NCBI GenBank assembly: GCA_964016885.1
Contig: OZ024751.1
Coordinates: 29,078,001-29,142,000, forward strand
DNA length: 64,000 nt
From: Eledone cirrhosa
Taxonomy: Eukaryota
Direction of reading: 5' to 3'
Shown: one piece after another, positions 42,058 to 54,607 of the stretch
Position numbering within the stretch: the first letter of the stretch is position 1
How the letters are laid out: each line of letters opens with the position of its first letter
The notes under the pieces: model-generated
Databases searched by the model: none
Seen by the model: only the letters and a program-made list of their open reading frames with translations
What the model was told of the DNA's origin: nothing
Translations under genes and position numbers: made by a program

Positions 42058-42250
42058 ATGAAGGAAATGTGGTAAGGAACCAGGTGGACCATAACGCACC
42101 AAAGTACTCAATACTTAGGGTAGTAGAGTGGGTAATAGGAACAAGTAAGACCCCGACGGCTGAGCTCAAGCCGTTTCGACGGCTAATTCTGGACAGAATT
42201 AGCCGTCGAAACGGCTTGAGCTCAGCCGTCGGGGTCTTACTTGTTCCTAT
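42058..42250 (+). mobile_element. PLE-like hairpin element family H (perfect 57-bp arms plus ~77-bp left extension)
   Basis: 42135-42191 is the exact reverse complement of 42194-42250; inserted in (TA)n. Confidence 0.8.
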
Positions 42251-42257
42251 ATATATG

Positions 42258-42314
<57 letters not shown>

Positions 42315-42336
42315 GTATATATATAGATGATGATGA

Positions 42337-42373
<37 letters not shown>

Positions 42374-43499
42374 TGATGATGATGATATATATATATATAT
42401 AGATGATGATGATGATATATGTATATATATATATATAGATGATGATGATGATATATGTATATATATATATAGATGATGATGATATATGTATATATATATA
42501 TATAGATGATGATGATGTTATATGTAAATCAACTAAAAATATGTTAGCGACAATAAATATAATATCTCTCGAACTAAAAAGAAATAAAATAGAATAATAT
42601 TTTTTTTTAAATGTTAAAAATATGTTCAACAATTACGAAATCTTCTGCAAGCTTAGAAACTATTAGATATGAAAGAAAAATAATATAAACATAATAAAAA
42701 AAAAACAGATAGGGAATAATATAAAATAGTGAAACTATAAAAAGGTGGTAGAAAGATTTTTAATTTTTTGTTAAAAGATTCTATTGCAACTGCCTATTAA
42801 AATTCTTGTATACTCTGTTAATTTTTCAGTGGGAGTTCAGAAAATAGTGCCATTTCCAAATTTAATTCCAGTCTAGTATGATTTATTCCAGTTTTCAGAC
42901 TCAATTAGGTCTTAAAGAGTGAAGAAAAACACTCACCACCCTCGACCAAAGTCTACTCATCCACACACTATACTACACCACAGAAAACCACACACATTTC
43001 ACCTCCTCCTAATATGGAAGAGAAACGGAACTCTTCACAATTTGGAGGTTAAAATAAAGTATGGAAGAAAATAGGAAAAAATATATATATATATATATGC
43101 TGCCATATTGAAGCTGTAATAATAATGATAATAATAGTAATAATTATAGTATAATTATTATTATTATTATTATTATTAATATAACCACAATAAAATATAA
43201 TAACAATAATAACAACAACAATAATAACCCTGTAGTAATTGCTGTTTCTAACTAGTACTGTTATTTTGTATTAAGTGTCACTGTGTGTATTAGCATGTGT
43301 GTGTAATTAAATATATGCGTGTTTGTGTACGAGAGACTGTGTGTGTGAGGAGAGTGTGTTTTTGTGTGTGATATATGTTTGATACTACTCTGTGTGTATG
43401 TTCATATGTATGTTTGTGTGGTATGATAGTGTGTTAGAATGTGATAGTATGTGTGTGTTTGTATGTGTGTATGAATACATGTGATTATATGTGTGTATG

Positions 43500-44225
43500 T
43501 GTGTGATAGTCTGATAGTATGTGTGTGTTTTTATGTGTGTAATAGTATGTACTTATGTCTGTGTATATGGTAGTATGACAGTATGTGTGTGCTTGTATGC
43601 ATGTACATATATGTCTGTGTTTGTAATAGTATGTGTGTGTTTGTGTATGTGATAATATGACAGTATGTATGTATGTATGTATGTGTGTTTGTATGTGTAC
43701 ATATATATGTCTGTATATGTAATAATATATATGTGTGTATGTTTGTGTATATGATAATATGACAGCATATATGTGTTTGTATGTGTGTACATATATATGT
43801 CTGTACGTAATAGCATTTATTTGTGTATGTGATAGTATGACAGTATGTATGTGTGTACATATGTCTCTGTATGTAACAGTATGTATGTATGTTTGTGTAT
43901 GTAATAGTATGACAGTATGTATGTGTGTACATGTGTCTCTGTATGTAACAGTATGTGTGTGTGTTTATGTATGTGATAGTATGACAGTATGTGTGTACAT
44001 ATGCCTCTGTATGTAACAGTATGTGTGTATGTTTGTGTATGTAATAGTATGACAGTATGTATGTGTGTACATATGCCTCTGTATGTAACAGTATGTGTGT
44101 GTGTTTGTGTATGTGATAGTATAACAGTATGTATGTGTGTACATATGTCTCTGTATGTAACAGTATGTGTGTGTGTTTGTGTATGTGATAGTATAACAGT
44201 ATGTATGTATGTATGTGATTATATA
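43500..44225. repeat. ~70-bp TG-rich tandem repeat
   Basis: atagtatgacagtatg...ctctgtatgtaacagtatg recurs. Confidence 0.8.
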
Positions 44226-44714
44226 TATGTGTATATGTGTGTGTCTGCATGATTGACAATATTTTAACAATTAGAAAAAAATAATTTCATATTTTTCTTT
44301 ATATTATGAAACATGGAGTAATATAATCAGTTTTTAATGGTATTTTGTTTTTTATGTGTGTGTATGTATTGTGTGTGTAAGTATAGTGTGTATTATGTGT
44401 AATTTTTGTGTGCATGTGTGACTGTGTATTGTGTTTGCATGTGTGTAATTTTTGTGTGGGCAGTATTTGTATACGTATGTGGACATGTTGTATGTATGTG
44501 GTATGGCCACATATGCTGTGTGTGTAAGCTTTATGTGCATGCAAGTGTGTGTTTGTGATGTATATCTATCTGTATACAGTGTGTGTTTGTGTGTATGTAT
44601 ATGTATACTTATGTATGTGATATGTGTCCACTTTTTCCCATCTCCATGGTTACTTTATAGTGATCAACAACTATTAAAGTCACACACATTAGGACAATGG
44701 CATTTCATATATGT

Positions 44715-45040
44715 GTGAAGACTTGTGGCATAGTGGTTAGGGTGTTTAGCTCCTGATTGTAAGGTTGTGAGTTCAGTTCTTGGACCCAGGCAGCACATTG
44801 TGTCCTTGAGCAAGGCTCTTTACCTGACAGTGCTCCAGTCCACTCAGTAACATCATGGATACCAAGCTGTATTGACCTTTCCCTTTCTCTTGGACAACAT
44901 TTGTGGCATGGAGAGAGGGAGACCATCATGTATGGACAACTTACTGGTCTTCCACAAAACACCTTGACCAGGTTTCTACCTTGGACAGGAGCTCTCCAGG
45001 TGAAACCCATGATCAGTCATGAGCAAAAGGGGGAGGGGCT
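44715..45040 (+). mobile_element. Older tRNA-derived CORE SINE with a different 3' part
   Basis: tggcatagtggttagg, gagttcagttc, gtgtccttgagcaag; 3' part also seen at ~25480-25570. Confidence 0.7.
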
Positions 45041-45171
45041 ATATTACAGGTATGCACAGATATTCCTTTCAGAAAATGCATGAATGCCCTCACTTCCATT
45101 GCTACTACCTTTGTGTAACCATCAGAATTATTACCTAGAAAAATAAAATAAAATAAAATACTAGTAATAAT

Positions 45172-45360
45172 AATTGTTTCTACTTTAGGCACAAGGCCAG
45201 CAATTATCCCAGTGTATTACTGGTACTTTATTTTATCGACCCCGTAAGGATGAAAGGCAAAGCTAACCTCAGTGGATTTTGAACTCAGAACATAAAGAGC
45301 CATAACTGTATGTCACGAAGCAGGGTGTAGGATGCTCTACCAATTGCTGACAATCCACAA
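45172..45360 (-). mobile_element. SINE family B
   Basis: Core and head present. Confidence 0.8.
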
Positions 45361-45444
45361 CAATAGAAAAGCTGGATCATTGTGAAGATTTTAATTCTTC
45401 TTGCTATCACTAAGAGAAAGTAGACTAATGTTCAGCCACACCCA

Positions 45445-47262
45445 ATAGTGGTGGTGGGGGTGGCGGGTGGTGGTGGGAGTGGAGGTGGAGTGGTTGTGGT
45501 GGTAGTAGGGGTGGTGTTAGTATTAGTGATGGTGGTGATAGTGGTGGTGGTGTTAGTGATGGTGGTAGTGGGGGTTGTGTTGGTGGTAGTGGGGGGTTGT
45601 GGTGGCGGTAGTGGTGGGGTGGTGGTGGTATTAGTGATGGTGGTGATAGTGGTGGTGGTGGTGTTAGTGATGGGGGTGGTGGTGGTGGTAGTAGGGGTGG
45701 TGTTAGTGGTGCTGGTGGTGTTAGTGATGGTGGTAGTGGGGGTTGTGTTGGTGGTAGTGGGGGGTTGTAGTGGCGGGTGGTGGTGGTATTGGTGGTAATG
45801 GCGGTAGTGTTAGTATTAGTGGTGGTAGTGGTGGTGGTGGTGGTATTAGTGGTATTAGTGATGGTGGTAGTGGAGTTTGTGGTGGTGGTATTAGTGGTAG
45901 TGGCAATGGTGTTGGTATTAGTAATGTTGGTGATAGTGGTGGTGGTTATAGTGGTACTAGGGTTGGTGGTGGTGGTGATGGTGGTGGTAGTAGCGATAGT
46001 GGTGGTGGTGATGGTGGTAGCGATAGTGGTGGTGGTGATGGTGGTAGCGATTGTGGTGGTGTTGGTGGAAGTGATAGTGGTGGTGGTGGTGGTATTAGTC
46101 AGGGTGGTGATGGTAGTGGGGGCTGACCTTGATGATGATAATGATGATGATGATTTTATTGCAGTCATTGTCCAGTAATTCATTTCTTCAGCCAAACACA
46201 ACACCTTTTGTTATTATCTTCCTCCTGAGTGCATATGTGTATCTGTATGTGCATGTGTGTATACTTGTAAGTGCATATGTGATTATATATGTGTCTGTAT
46301 GTGTTTGTGTGTATATATATAGATATACACACAAACACATACATAATCACATATGCACTTACAGATATATGTGTGTGTGTGTGTATTTGTCTGTGTGTAT
46401 ATATATATGTGTGTGTTTGTGTGTGTGTATATATATATGTGTGTGTGTGTATATATATATGCGTGTGTTTGTATGTGTGTATATATATATGTGTTTGTAT
46501 GTGTGTGTTAGATAAACTATTAGTAATTCTATTATATTGTATTATTATTAAATATACAGCCCAACCTTCACCACCACCACTACTAATAATACTACTACTA
46601 CCACCATCATATTGACCACTACTAACATCTATAATACTACTACTTCAACCACCATCAACTCCAACACCACTATACTAATTAAAGCTACAGCACAATCCCC
46701 CTCACTACTAACAATACTACTACCACTACCACAATCTTGATGACTTCTACTATCACCACAACCACTAATCCTTGTTCACCCCATCACCACCACCACCCCA
46801 TCACTCAAGACACCACTAACAACACCACCACCACCACCCCATTACTCAAAACACCATCACCACTACCACCACAACAACTACCACCATCACAACTACACCA
46901 CCACCACAACTACCACCACCACCACCACAACTACACCACCACCAATACCATCACCACTATCGCCACCACCACCATCACAACTACACCACCACCACTACCG
47001 CCACCGCCACCATCACAACTACACCACCACCACCATCACAACTACCACCACCACCACAACTACCACCACCACCACCACCATCACAACTACACCACCACCA
47101 CCACAATCACAACTACACCATCACAACTACCACAACTACCACCACCACCACCACCACCACCACCATCACACCACCACCACTACCGCCACCACCACCATCA
47201 CAACTACACCACCACCGCTACCGCCACCGCCACAACCACCGCCACCATCACAACCACCACTG
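45445..47262. repeat. (GGT)n, (TG/TA)n and (CAC)n low-complexity blocks
   Basis: Directly visible. Confidence 0.85.
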
Positions 47263-47812
47263 ATCCTTGTGTCCTGGTCACATTCTAGTTTACTAAGAAG
47301 GAGAACACCTTCAGTTAGCTATAACAGGAGCAAAGAGTTCTTTGTTGTCTTCGTTTAGAGCAGCAAGCTGTTACTAACAACAACAACAACAACACTACAT
47401 AACAAACAATAACAACAACAACACTACATAACAAACAATAACAACAACAACAACATATAACAAACAATAACAACACAGAAAAAATACAGCAAAAACTAAA
47501 AAAAAAAATGATAGAAAAAACAATGAGAAAAATAAAGGAAGAGATAAACAAGAATGTTATCTACTAACTCTAGAATGGACTCACCCGTCATCATATTTTA
47601 TTTGCATCTATAGTAGACACACATACACATAGTAATACATACATATATAGACATATACATATACACATACATATACACACACATGCTAATATATATATAT
47701 ATACATGTACATATACATATACTAATATATATATATATAGACATGTACATACACTCATACTAATAGATACATATATAGACATGTACACATACACATACAC
47801 ATACACATAGTA

Positions 47813-47848
<36 letters not shown>

Positions 47849-48304
47849 CTCTATATATATAGACATGTACATATATATATATATATATTTCGTTTCTAAA
47901 TTTGTTTAGCAAGATTCTTTATCTGAAAACGTGTGTTGAAACCGATATTGTTATACTTTGTAAGGGTCATGTTGCCAATAAGAAACACACGCACCAGTTG
48001 CTTTCACTCCAATTTATTATAAATTAAATTATAAATTTAAGAAATTTATAAATTTCTGGTTGGTTCCACAACCGGACGGTTGTTAATATATTGTCAAAGT
48101 TCTTTCGTCACACATTCTGTGACCTCATCAATAACCGAGGATTCTTTTCTTTGTTTTGTGCCTCTCCTCTGTTCTCTCCTATGCCATCTTGTTTTTGTGT
48201 GTGTTGTGTGCTTAGTTTGCGTATGTGTTACATCTGGGTGTCTGTGTGTGTTTTTATTTGTTTATTTACATGTTACTAGTTGGTTGTTTGTTCTATGTGT
48301 GTAA

Positions 48305-48538
48305 CGATTAAATGAACACTGGCGAGAGCTTCAAGATAGAAAAGAATCATCAGTACTCCACCAACATGCTAAAATAGAACATAAGGGCAAATTAGAGAAC
48401 ATAGAAATAAAAATAGAATCTACACACAGAAAAGACACAATGTTTAGACAAATCACAGAGGCAATAAACGTAAATGAACTCCAACCAAAATTAAATAGAA
48501 AACATGAATGGAATAGCAACATCACAACTTACAATTAA
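48305..48538 (+). pseudogene. PLE GIY-YIG endonuclease C-terminal fragment (not in ORF track, no start codon)
   Basis: RLNEHWRELQDRKESSVLHQHAKIEHKGKLENIEIKIESTHRKDTMFRQITEAINVNELQPKLNRKHEWNSNITTYN*, with R..EH, H...H, EAI and LN motifs. Confidence 0.85.
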
Positions 48539-48723
48539 GGACAAAATGAAAACACACACACACATAGAAAAACAACCAACCAGTAACATGTAAATAAACA
48601 AATAAAAACACACACAGACACCCGGCTGTAACACATGCGCAAACTAAGCACACAACACACACAAAAACAAGATGGCGTAGGACAGAACAAAGGAGAGGCT
48701 CAAAACAAAGAAAAGAATCCCCG

Positions 48724-48766
48724 GTCACTGATGATGTCACAGAATGTGTGACGAAAGAACTTTGAC
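48724..48766 (+). ncRNA. Minimal type I hammerhead ribozyme
   Basis: GTCA-CTGATGA-T-GTCACA gaatg TGTGAC-GAAA-G aa C-TT-TGAC; inverted mutated copy at 48093-48135. Confidence 0.8.
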
Positions 48767-48989
48767 AATATATGAATAACCGTCTGGTTGTGAAACCAAC
48801 CAACCGGAAATTTATAAATTTCTTAAATTTATAATTTAATTTATAATAAATTGGAGTGAAAGCAACTGGTTCGTGTGTTTCTTATTGGCAACATGACCCT
48901 CCCAAAGTATAACAATATTTATATATATATATATATATATATTATTTTATATATAGACATGTACATACACATACTAATATATATATATC

Positions 48990-49300
48990 ATCATCATCAT
49001 CATCGTTTAACGTCCATTTTTCACGCTAGCATGGGTCTGGACGGGAATTGTTCCACTTGAGGCAAGATTGGTTGTCTTGCTCAGGACTGTCTGGCGGGTT
49101 TTCTACGGCTGGAGGCCCTTCCTAACACCAACCACGTTTACAGTGTGGACTGGGAGGTTTTTACCGTGTTACCTACATGGCCACATAACAGGGTGGACTG
49201 TGTGTTTTATTGTCGTGACACCTACACGTCTGGCGGGTTTTCTACGGCTGGGTGCCCTTCCCAAAACCAACCACGTTTACAGTGTGTACTGGGAGTTTTT
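48990..49300 (-). mobile_element. SINE 3' half with internal duplication
   Basis: Tail motif ctggcgggttttctacggctgg..gcccttcc present twice. Confidence 0.75.
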
Positions 49301-49833
49301 ACACACACATATACATACAAATACATATATATACACATACACACATACATACAGACACACACACATGCACACACAGACACACACACATATATAATCATCA
49401 TCATCTTCATGATTGTTATTGTTTTAACGTCCACTTTCCATTATAGTATATATATATATGCAGTGGAGATGACAAGGGAATGCAAACAGTGACAAGATGA
49501 AGGACCCTTCCAACCTATGCAAGCTTAGAACAATGGACATAAAATAATGTTGATGATTGAAAATCTAACTAGTTATAGCTAATTAATCTATTAACTAACT
49601 ACCAATTCTAATTGTTAGAAATTTTGAATTATTTTGAATAATAAACTATCTGGATTTTCAAAAGTTGCAACTGGGAATAGTTGTTAACTATGAAATGTCT
49701 TGTACCAATATTTAATATTAATATTAGTTTAGTAATTAGTTTAGTAATTGATAATAGTTAGTTAATATTAAGAAGATTTTGGTGGGAAGTATACATTGTG
49801 TGTGTGTATGTGTTTGTGGACATGTGTGTGTGT

Positions 49834-49868
<35 letters not shown>

Positions 49869-49907
49869 CCAACCCATGCCACAATAGTAAACATGATAAT
49901 ATATATA

Positions 49908-50798
49908 CAGGGTGTGGACGATATTTGTTCGCAAGATTACTGTCTAGGAAAAAATAACACAGTAGTTTTATTTTTTAAGATATATTTATCAAACTTGGGT
50001 CAGTTTGTCTTCATGACTTGTTCTTTCGATCTCACTCGATAAAGCCACCATTGGCTTTGATGACAGCCTCAAGGTGGCCTCGGAACCGGCTACAAGCCTT
50101 CGTCACTGTCCCCTGACTTAGGCCCCTAAAGGCACCTGTGATCCTGGCCTTCAGATCATCTTTCGTATTGCAGCTAGATCTGTTGGTGTCTTGTTCCACT
50201 GCGCCCCACACAAAGAAGTCGAGGGGGTTGCAGTCAGGCGAGCTGGGAGGCCAGATGTCAGGTGATGTGTGGTCGATGAAGTTCTCTGACAACCAGGCTT
50301 GGGTCTTTCGGCTGGTATGGCAGGGTGCTGAGTCTTGCTGCCACACGTACGGCCTACCTGCAGCTACCTGGTCGATCCAGGGCTTTACTACCTCACTCAG
50401 AAGCGAATGTAGCCATCGGTGTTCAGCTTGAGGCCCTCAGGGAAGAAGTGAGGTGGCATGACGTCACCTTGACTGCTGACGACACCTAAGACCAATGTTG
50501 TCGCTGGGAACTTTGTCTGCATGATTCTGGGTATGTCTTTCGATGAGACACCATTCCCCTGCTGACGCTGAGAAAGTCTGAAATTTCCTTATTTGTCGTC
50601 CTGGCGCGGATTCCAAGAAGAACTCCGTGTCTCTTCCACAAATTTGGAGGTTCAAAATTATTCATAATCAATTATTCTGAAAATAAATAATGGAAATATA
50701 GTCACTGTTTTTATGAAGACAAGAGTGACAATGGAAGTAAACAAAATTTGCATAAAATTAGCAGTTGAAAATTGCAAACAAATATCGTCCACACCCTG
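49908..50798 (-). mobile_element. Internally deleted Tc1/mariner transposon, DD37D (maT) family
   Basis: TIRs CAGGGTGTGGACGATATTTGTT.GCAA at both ends with TA flanks; transposase remnant. Confidence 0.92.
50032..50520 (-). pseudogene. DD37D transposase C-terminal remnant
   Basis: WQQDSAPCH...WPPSSPDCNPLD (37 residues between the last two catalytic D); upstream KFPAT..VLGVVSSQGDVMPPHFF in a shifted frame. Confidence 0.9.
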
Positions 50799-50889
50799 TA
50801 TATATATATATATGTGTGTTCGTGTGTGTGTGTACACATATGCATCATTCATTTATGTGTGTCTACATATATATACATTGTATCTCTGT

Positions 50890-50929
<40 letters not shown>

Positions 50930-50976
50930 TCATCTTCGTTTAACGTCCATCTTCCACACTGAGCATGGGTTACCAC

Positions 50977-51022
<46 letters not shown>

Positions 51023-51569
51023 GTGTGTATATGTGTGTGATCTAGAAAGCTGGAGTGTTGTGCAATTTCGAGGTGAACTTGATACAACAGCTGTTACAAA
51101 GAAGAAGGACTGACATAGATAAATAGATAGGTAGAGAGAGAGAGAAAGAAACAGAGAGAGAGAGAGAGGGGGGGGGGACAGATAGATAGAGACAAAGAAA
51201 CAGAGATAGAGAAATAGACATAAATATTTAGAGACAGAGATAGATAGATATGTTTCTTTATTTGCCATAGATAGATAGTTAGTTAGATAAAGACAAACAA
51301 ACAGAAAGTCTGAGAAATATAAATATAGAGGGATAGACATACATAGATAGATAAAGACAAAGGTAGAGACAGAGAGACAAAGAGACACAGAGAACCATAG
51401 ATAGATAGATAGATGGGTATAACTAGGGATTTGAGGAGTAGGGAGAGATGCAGAGAAAGGTAACATTTGTAAGTAATGTATGTGACAGGCTGTCGTATAA
51501 GAAAGGAAATATATGGTAAGTTGATTGGTTAATGCTTGATAATGTTATCAGTTCTATTATTAACCCTTT

Positions 51570-51790
51570 AGCAGGGCGGTGGATTGGCAGTATTGGTAGA
51601 ACGTGGGACACCATGCTTTGCAGCATAGAGTTACGGCCCTTTATTATCTAAGTTCAAATACCGCCGAGGTTTAACTTTGCCTTTCACCCTTACAGGGTTG
51701 ATAACATAAAGTACCAGTCATGCACTGGGGTCAATTTAATTGATTTTCCCCTTCCCAAAATTGCTGGCCTTGTGCCTATATATGAAACCA
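51570..51790 (+). mobile_element. SINE family B, full length, + orientation
   Basis: gggcggtggattggcagtattggtagaac head, aagttcaaataccgccgagg B-box, core, 3' ggccttgtgccta. Confidence 0.85.
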
Positions 51791-51797
51791 TTATTAA

Positions 51798-52018
51798 CCC
51801 TTTAGCATTTAAACCAGCCATATCCGGCCAGAATTCTCTCCCCTCTGTCTGTTCAAACCGGCTCCAACCGGCTGCTCATACAGATGTTAAGGTATTGTTC
51901 TCAAAATAAATAATATCAAAATCTCATAGATTCAATATTATGTGAGATAATTATGTAAGGTAAAGATTTTACCATGAAAATAAAATAGTAATTATAGAGT
52001 AGTGTAAATGCTAAAGGG
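51798..52018 (+). mobile_element. piggyBac-type MITE family P2, complete (221 bp)
   Basis: TTAA TSD on both sides; TIR CCCTTTAGCATTTA / TAAATGCTAAAGGG. Confidence 0.9.
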
Positions 52019-52157
52019 TTAAAGCTGTGTTGTTTGATAGTTCAGTTGATTATTGCAAGTTTGTTAATTCAATTCTCTGCAGTGCACTATGTCCTTCATC
52101 AAAGCACTTTATTTTACATTCCTCCAGTCCACTCCACTGCAAAAAGTGCATTGAAAC

Positions 52158-52404
52158 ATAACAAACCTATATTGGCAATGGCCGTGATACCCGGACAAAT
52201 TCTAAATTTGTTTCGCAACGCTGGGACATGTGCGTTCAACAACACATATTTCTCAGTCTTCTTAAGTATTTTGAAGTGAAAGGTACAAATTTATTGGATA
52301 CCCGCAGAAGAGCACAGGAATAGTGACTTTCACTTAATAATTGTTGCGAAACAAATTTAGAATTTGTCCAGGTATCACGGCCATTGCCAATATAGGTTTG
52401 TTAT
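52158..52404 (+). repeat. 62-bp inverted repeat (1 mismatch) with 123-bp spacer, PLE-like
   Basis: 52158-52219 versus 52343-52404. Confidence 0.88.
52297..52376 (+). ncRNA. Type I hammerhead ribozyme with full stem III and variant core (CAGAAGA)
   Basis: GATACCCG-CAGAAGA-GCA...TGC-GAAA-CAAATT tag AATTTG-TC-CAGGTATC. Confidence 0.7.
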
Positions 52405-52626
52405 TTTTATTGATTTATTATTTTAAATTGAGACAGGCAAACCATATTATTTTAAATTAGTATTTTTCAACCTAGCTAACTTGGTCATTTACAATTGGAA
52501 CACATGTAAACTTATATCAGTGTTCATCCCTCTCATATATCCATTTGTATTATACGGATCGGAAATATTCCCTTCTTTGAGCTATTTAATTGTAAAAGAC
52601 TATTTCGAGTTTATAACTCAATATTT

Positions 52627-52657
<31 letters not shown>

Positions 52658-53271
52658 ATATAAATTAGCGAGAATCGTATTTCGGCTTTGGAATTAGCGA
52701 AAAACAACTTCCGAGATGTGTGGCAAGCGCTCAATAATTCTGACGAACCAGAGCTACAACATACGTTAAAGGCCAAACACACTGAGACGATGGTTAAACT
52801 GTCATCCGCACAGCCATAGAAACGACCAAGTAATTTGGGTCAAACAAATAAAAATATATGTGATTGAAAAATTTACCTGGACCTCTGGATGGTTGGTAAA
52901 ATCCAGAATTTGGGTTTCTGCAACTCCTAAATCAAGTACTGTCCGCTTAGACAAATAATGTTAGGCTTCTGGTAAGATGATTGAACAAGGAAGTCACTTT
53001 CTCAACAGGTTTTAGTTCAAGTGCCAGGCAAGGAATGACCGTTACCGATACCAACGTGGGGCTCGACAAGGGAGGCAACCCTTATTTTTGGCGGATGAAA
53101 TTCAGTATGTGTATATTATTGCAAAAATGCAAAATATCACAAAACGAATTAAGCTCTCAACAGAATGGTTACAAGTTAACAAAAGCTATTCATCAGTCAA
53201 TAGAATCAACTAAAAAAAATCAAGAAAATTAACTGGTCAATAGCTAGACTCTGGAGATTAATACAAATATA

Positions 53272-53492
53272 AATTATATATATAATATAATATATTATAA
53301 TATATAATAATTATATATATAATATAATATATTATAATATATAATAATTATATATATAATATAATATATTATAATATATAATAATTATATATATAATATA
53401 ATATATTATAATATATAATAATTATATATATAATATAATATATTATAATATATAATAATTATATATATAATATAATATATTATAATATATTA
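53272..53492. repeat. 37-bp pure-AT minisatellite, about 6 units
   Basis: Period 37 (tataatataatatattataatatataataattatata). Confidence 0.9.
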
Positions 53493-53583
53493 ATATATTA
53501 TATATATAAATTTATTCAAACAAATGAAACAGTTCTAGTCCTGTAGAGGTTATATATATATATATATATATATATATAACCTC

Positions 53584-53622
<39 letters not shown>

Positions 53623-53969
53623 GTATGGTGTGGTGGTGATCATTGTGGTGCTGGTTTTGGTGTAGTGATAGTGGGGATGGAGGTAATGGCGTTGAGGAGA
53701 GTGGTTTGGTGGTGGTGTGATATTGGTGATGGTGGTGAGGAGAGTGGTATGGTGGTGGTGTAGTTGTTGTTTCTGTTGTAGTAGACACACCTTTCTGGGT
53801 AGGTCAAAATTGTAAAGACATTTTCATGTAACCTTAATTGCATGGAGCTACAAATCAATTATATATATATATATATACATCACTGCACTCTCTGCCTTCT
53901 CTCTCTCCATCTCTCTACTCACACTTCACCCTTTTCATCTCTCTTTATATACCCACACATATACATACG

Positions 53970-54010
<41 letters not shown>

Positions 54011-54219
54011 AAAAGTAAACAGAAATAACAAAGCAAACAACACAGTACATTGAAGGAATATATTAGTTTAACACTTGAAATTGCAGTAAAGAGTCTTAAC
54101 ATTTTGGACATTATATATATATATATATATATCATTATCATCATCATCTTCGTTTAACGTCCATTTTCCACACTAGCATGGATTATATATCTATCTATAT
54201 ATATATTATATATATATAT

Positions 54220-54517
54220 GGAGGCACATGGCTTAGTGGTTAGAGCATTGGCCTTGCAATCGAAAGGTTGTGAGTTCAATTCTCAGACCGGGCAATGTGT
54301 TGTTTCCTTGAGCAAGACACTTTATTTCACATTGCTCCAGTTTACTCAGCTGCAAACTGGTCGTGGAGGTGCCACGTCAACAAAGCACCCAGCACTCACT
54401 GTAAATGAGGTTGGTGTTAGGAAGGGCATCCAGCTGTAGAAATCAAGCCAGAATCAGTTACCGTCCCACCCTTGCAAGCAGGGAAAAGCGGGCGTAAAAT
54501 GAAATGATGATGATGAT
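54220..54517 (+). mobile_element. SINE family A with internal deletion
   Basis: Lacks the atgatagggac-tggg-gtccctatcat hairpin. Confidence 0.9.
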
Positions 54518-54607
54518 ATATATATTGGAAAAGTCAATAATAACAACAAGGAGTATAGTTACGAAAGGTGTTATGTATTAGGTTCACGCTTGAGAGTGGA
54601 GGTGGGG

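Larger units (their letters stand above)
47888..48918 (+). mobile_element. 5'-truncated Penelope-like retroelement with inverted pLTR
   Basis: Inverted repeats 47945-48302 / ~48558-48918 flank a GIY-YIG C-terminal fragment; hammerhead in the pLTR; ~57-bp extension on the inverted copy; (TA)n flanks. Confidence 0.9.

Noticed and set aside
45128-45170. AG|GT juxtaposition on the - strand (ttttctAG|GTAATA)
   Set aside because: Weak donor, tract comes from a (TAAAA)n repeat beside a SINE end, and no downstream donor was noticed
52663-53235. Coding-like unique stretch (ISENRISALELAKNNFRDVWQAL...)
   Set aside because: In-frame stops, no recognisable motif or splice sites; probably an old TE remnant that I cannot classify
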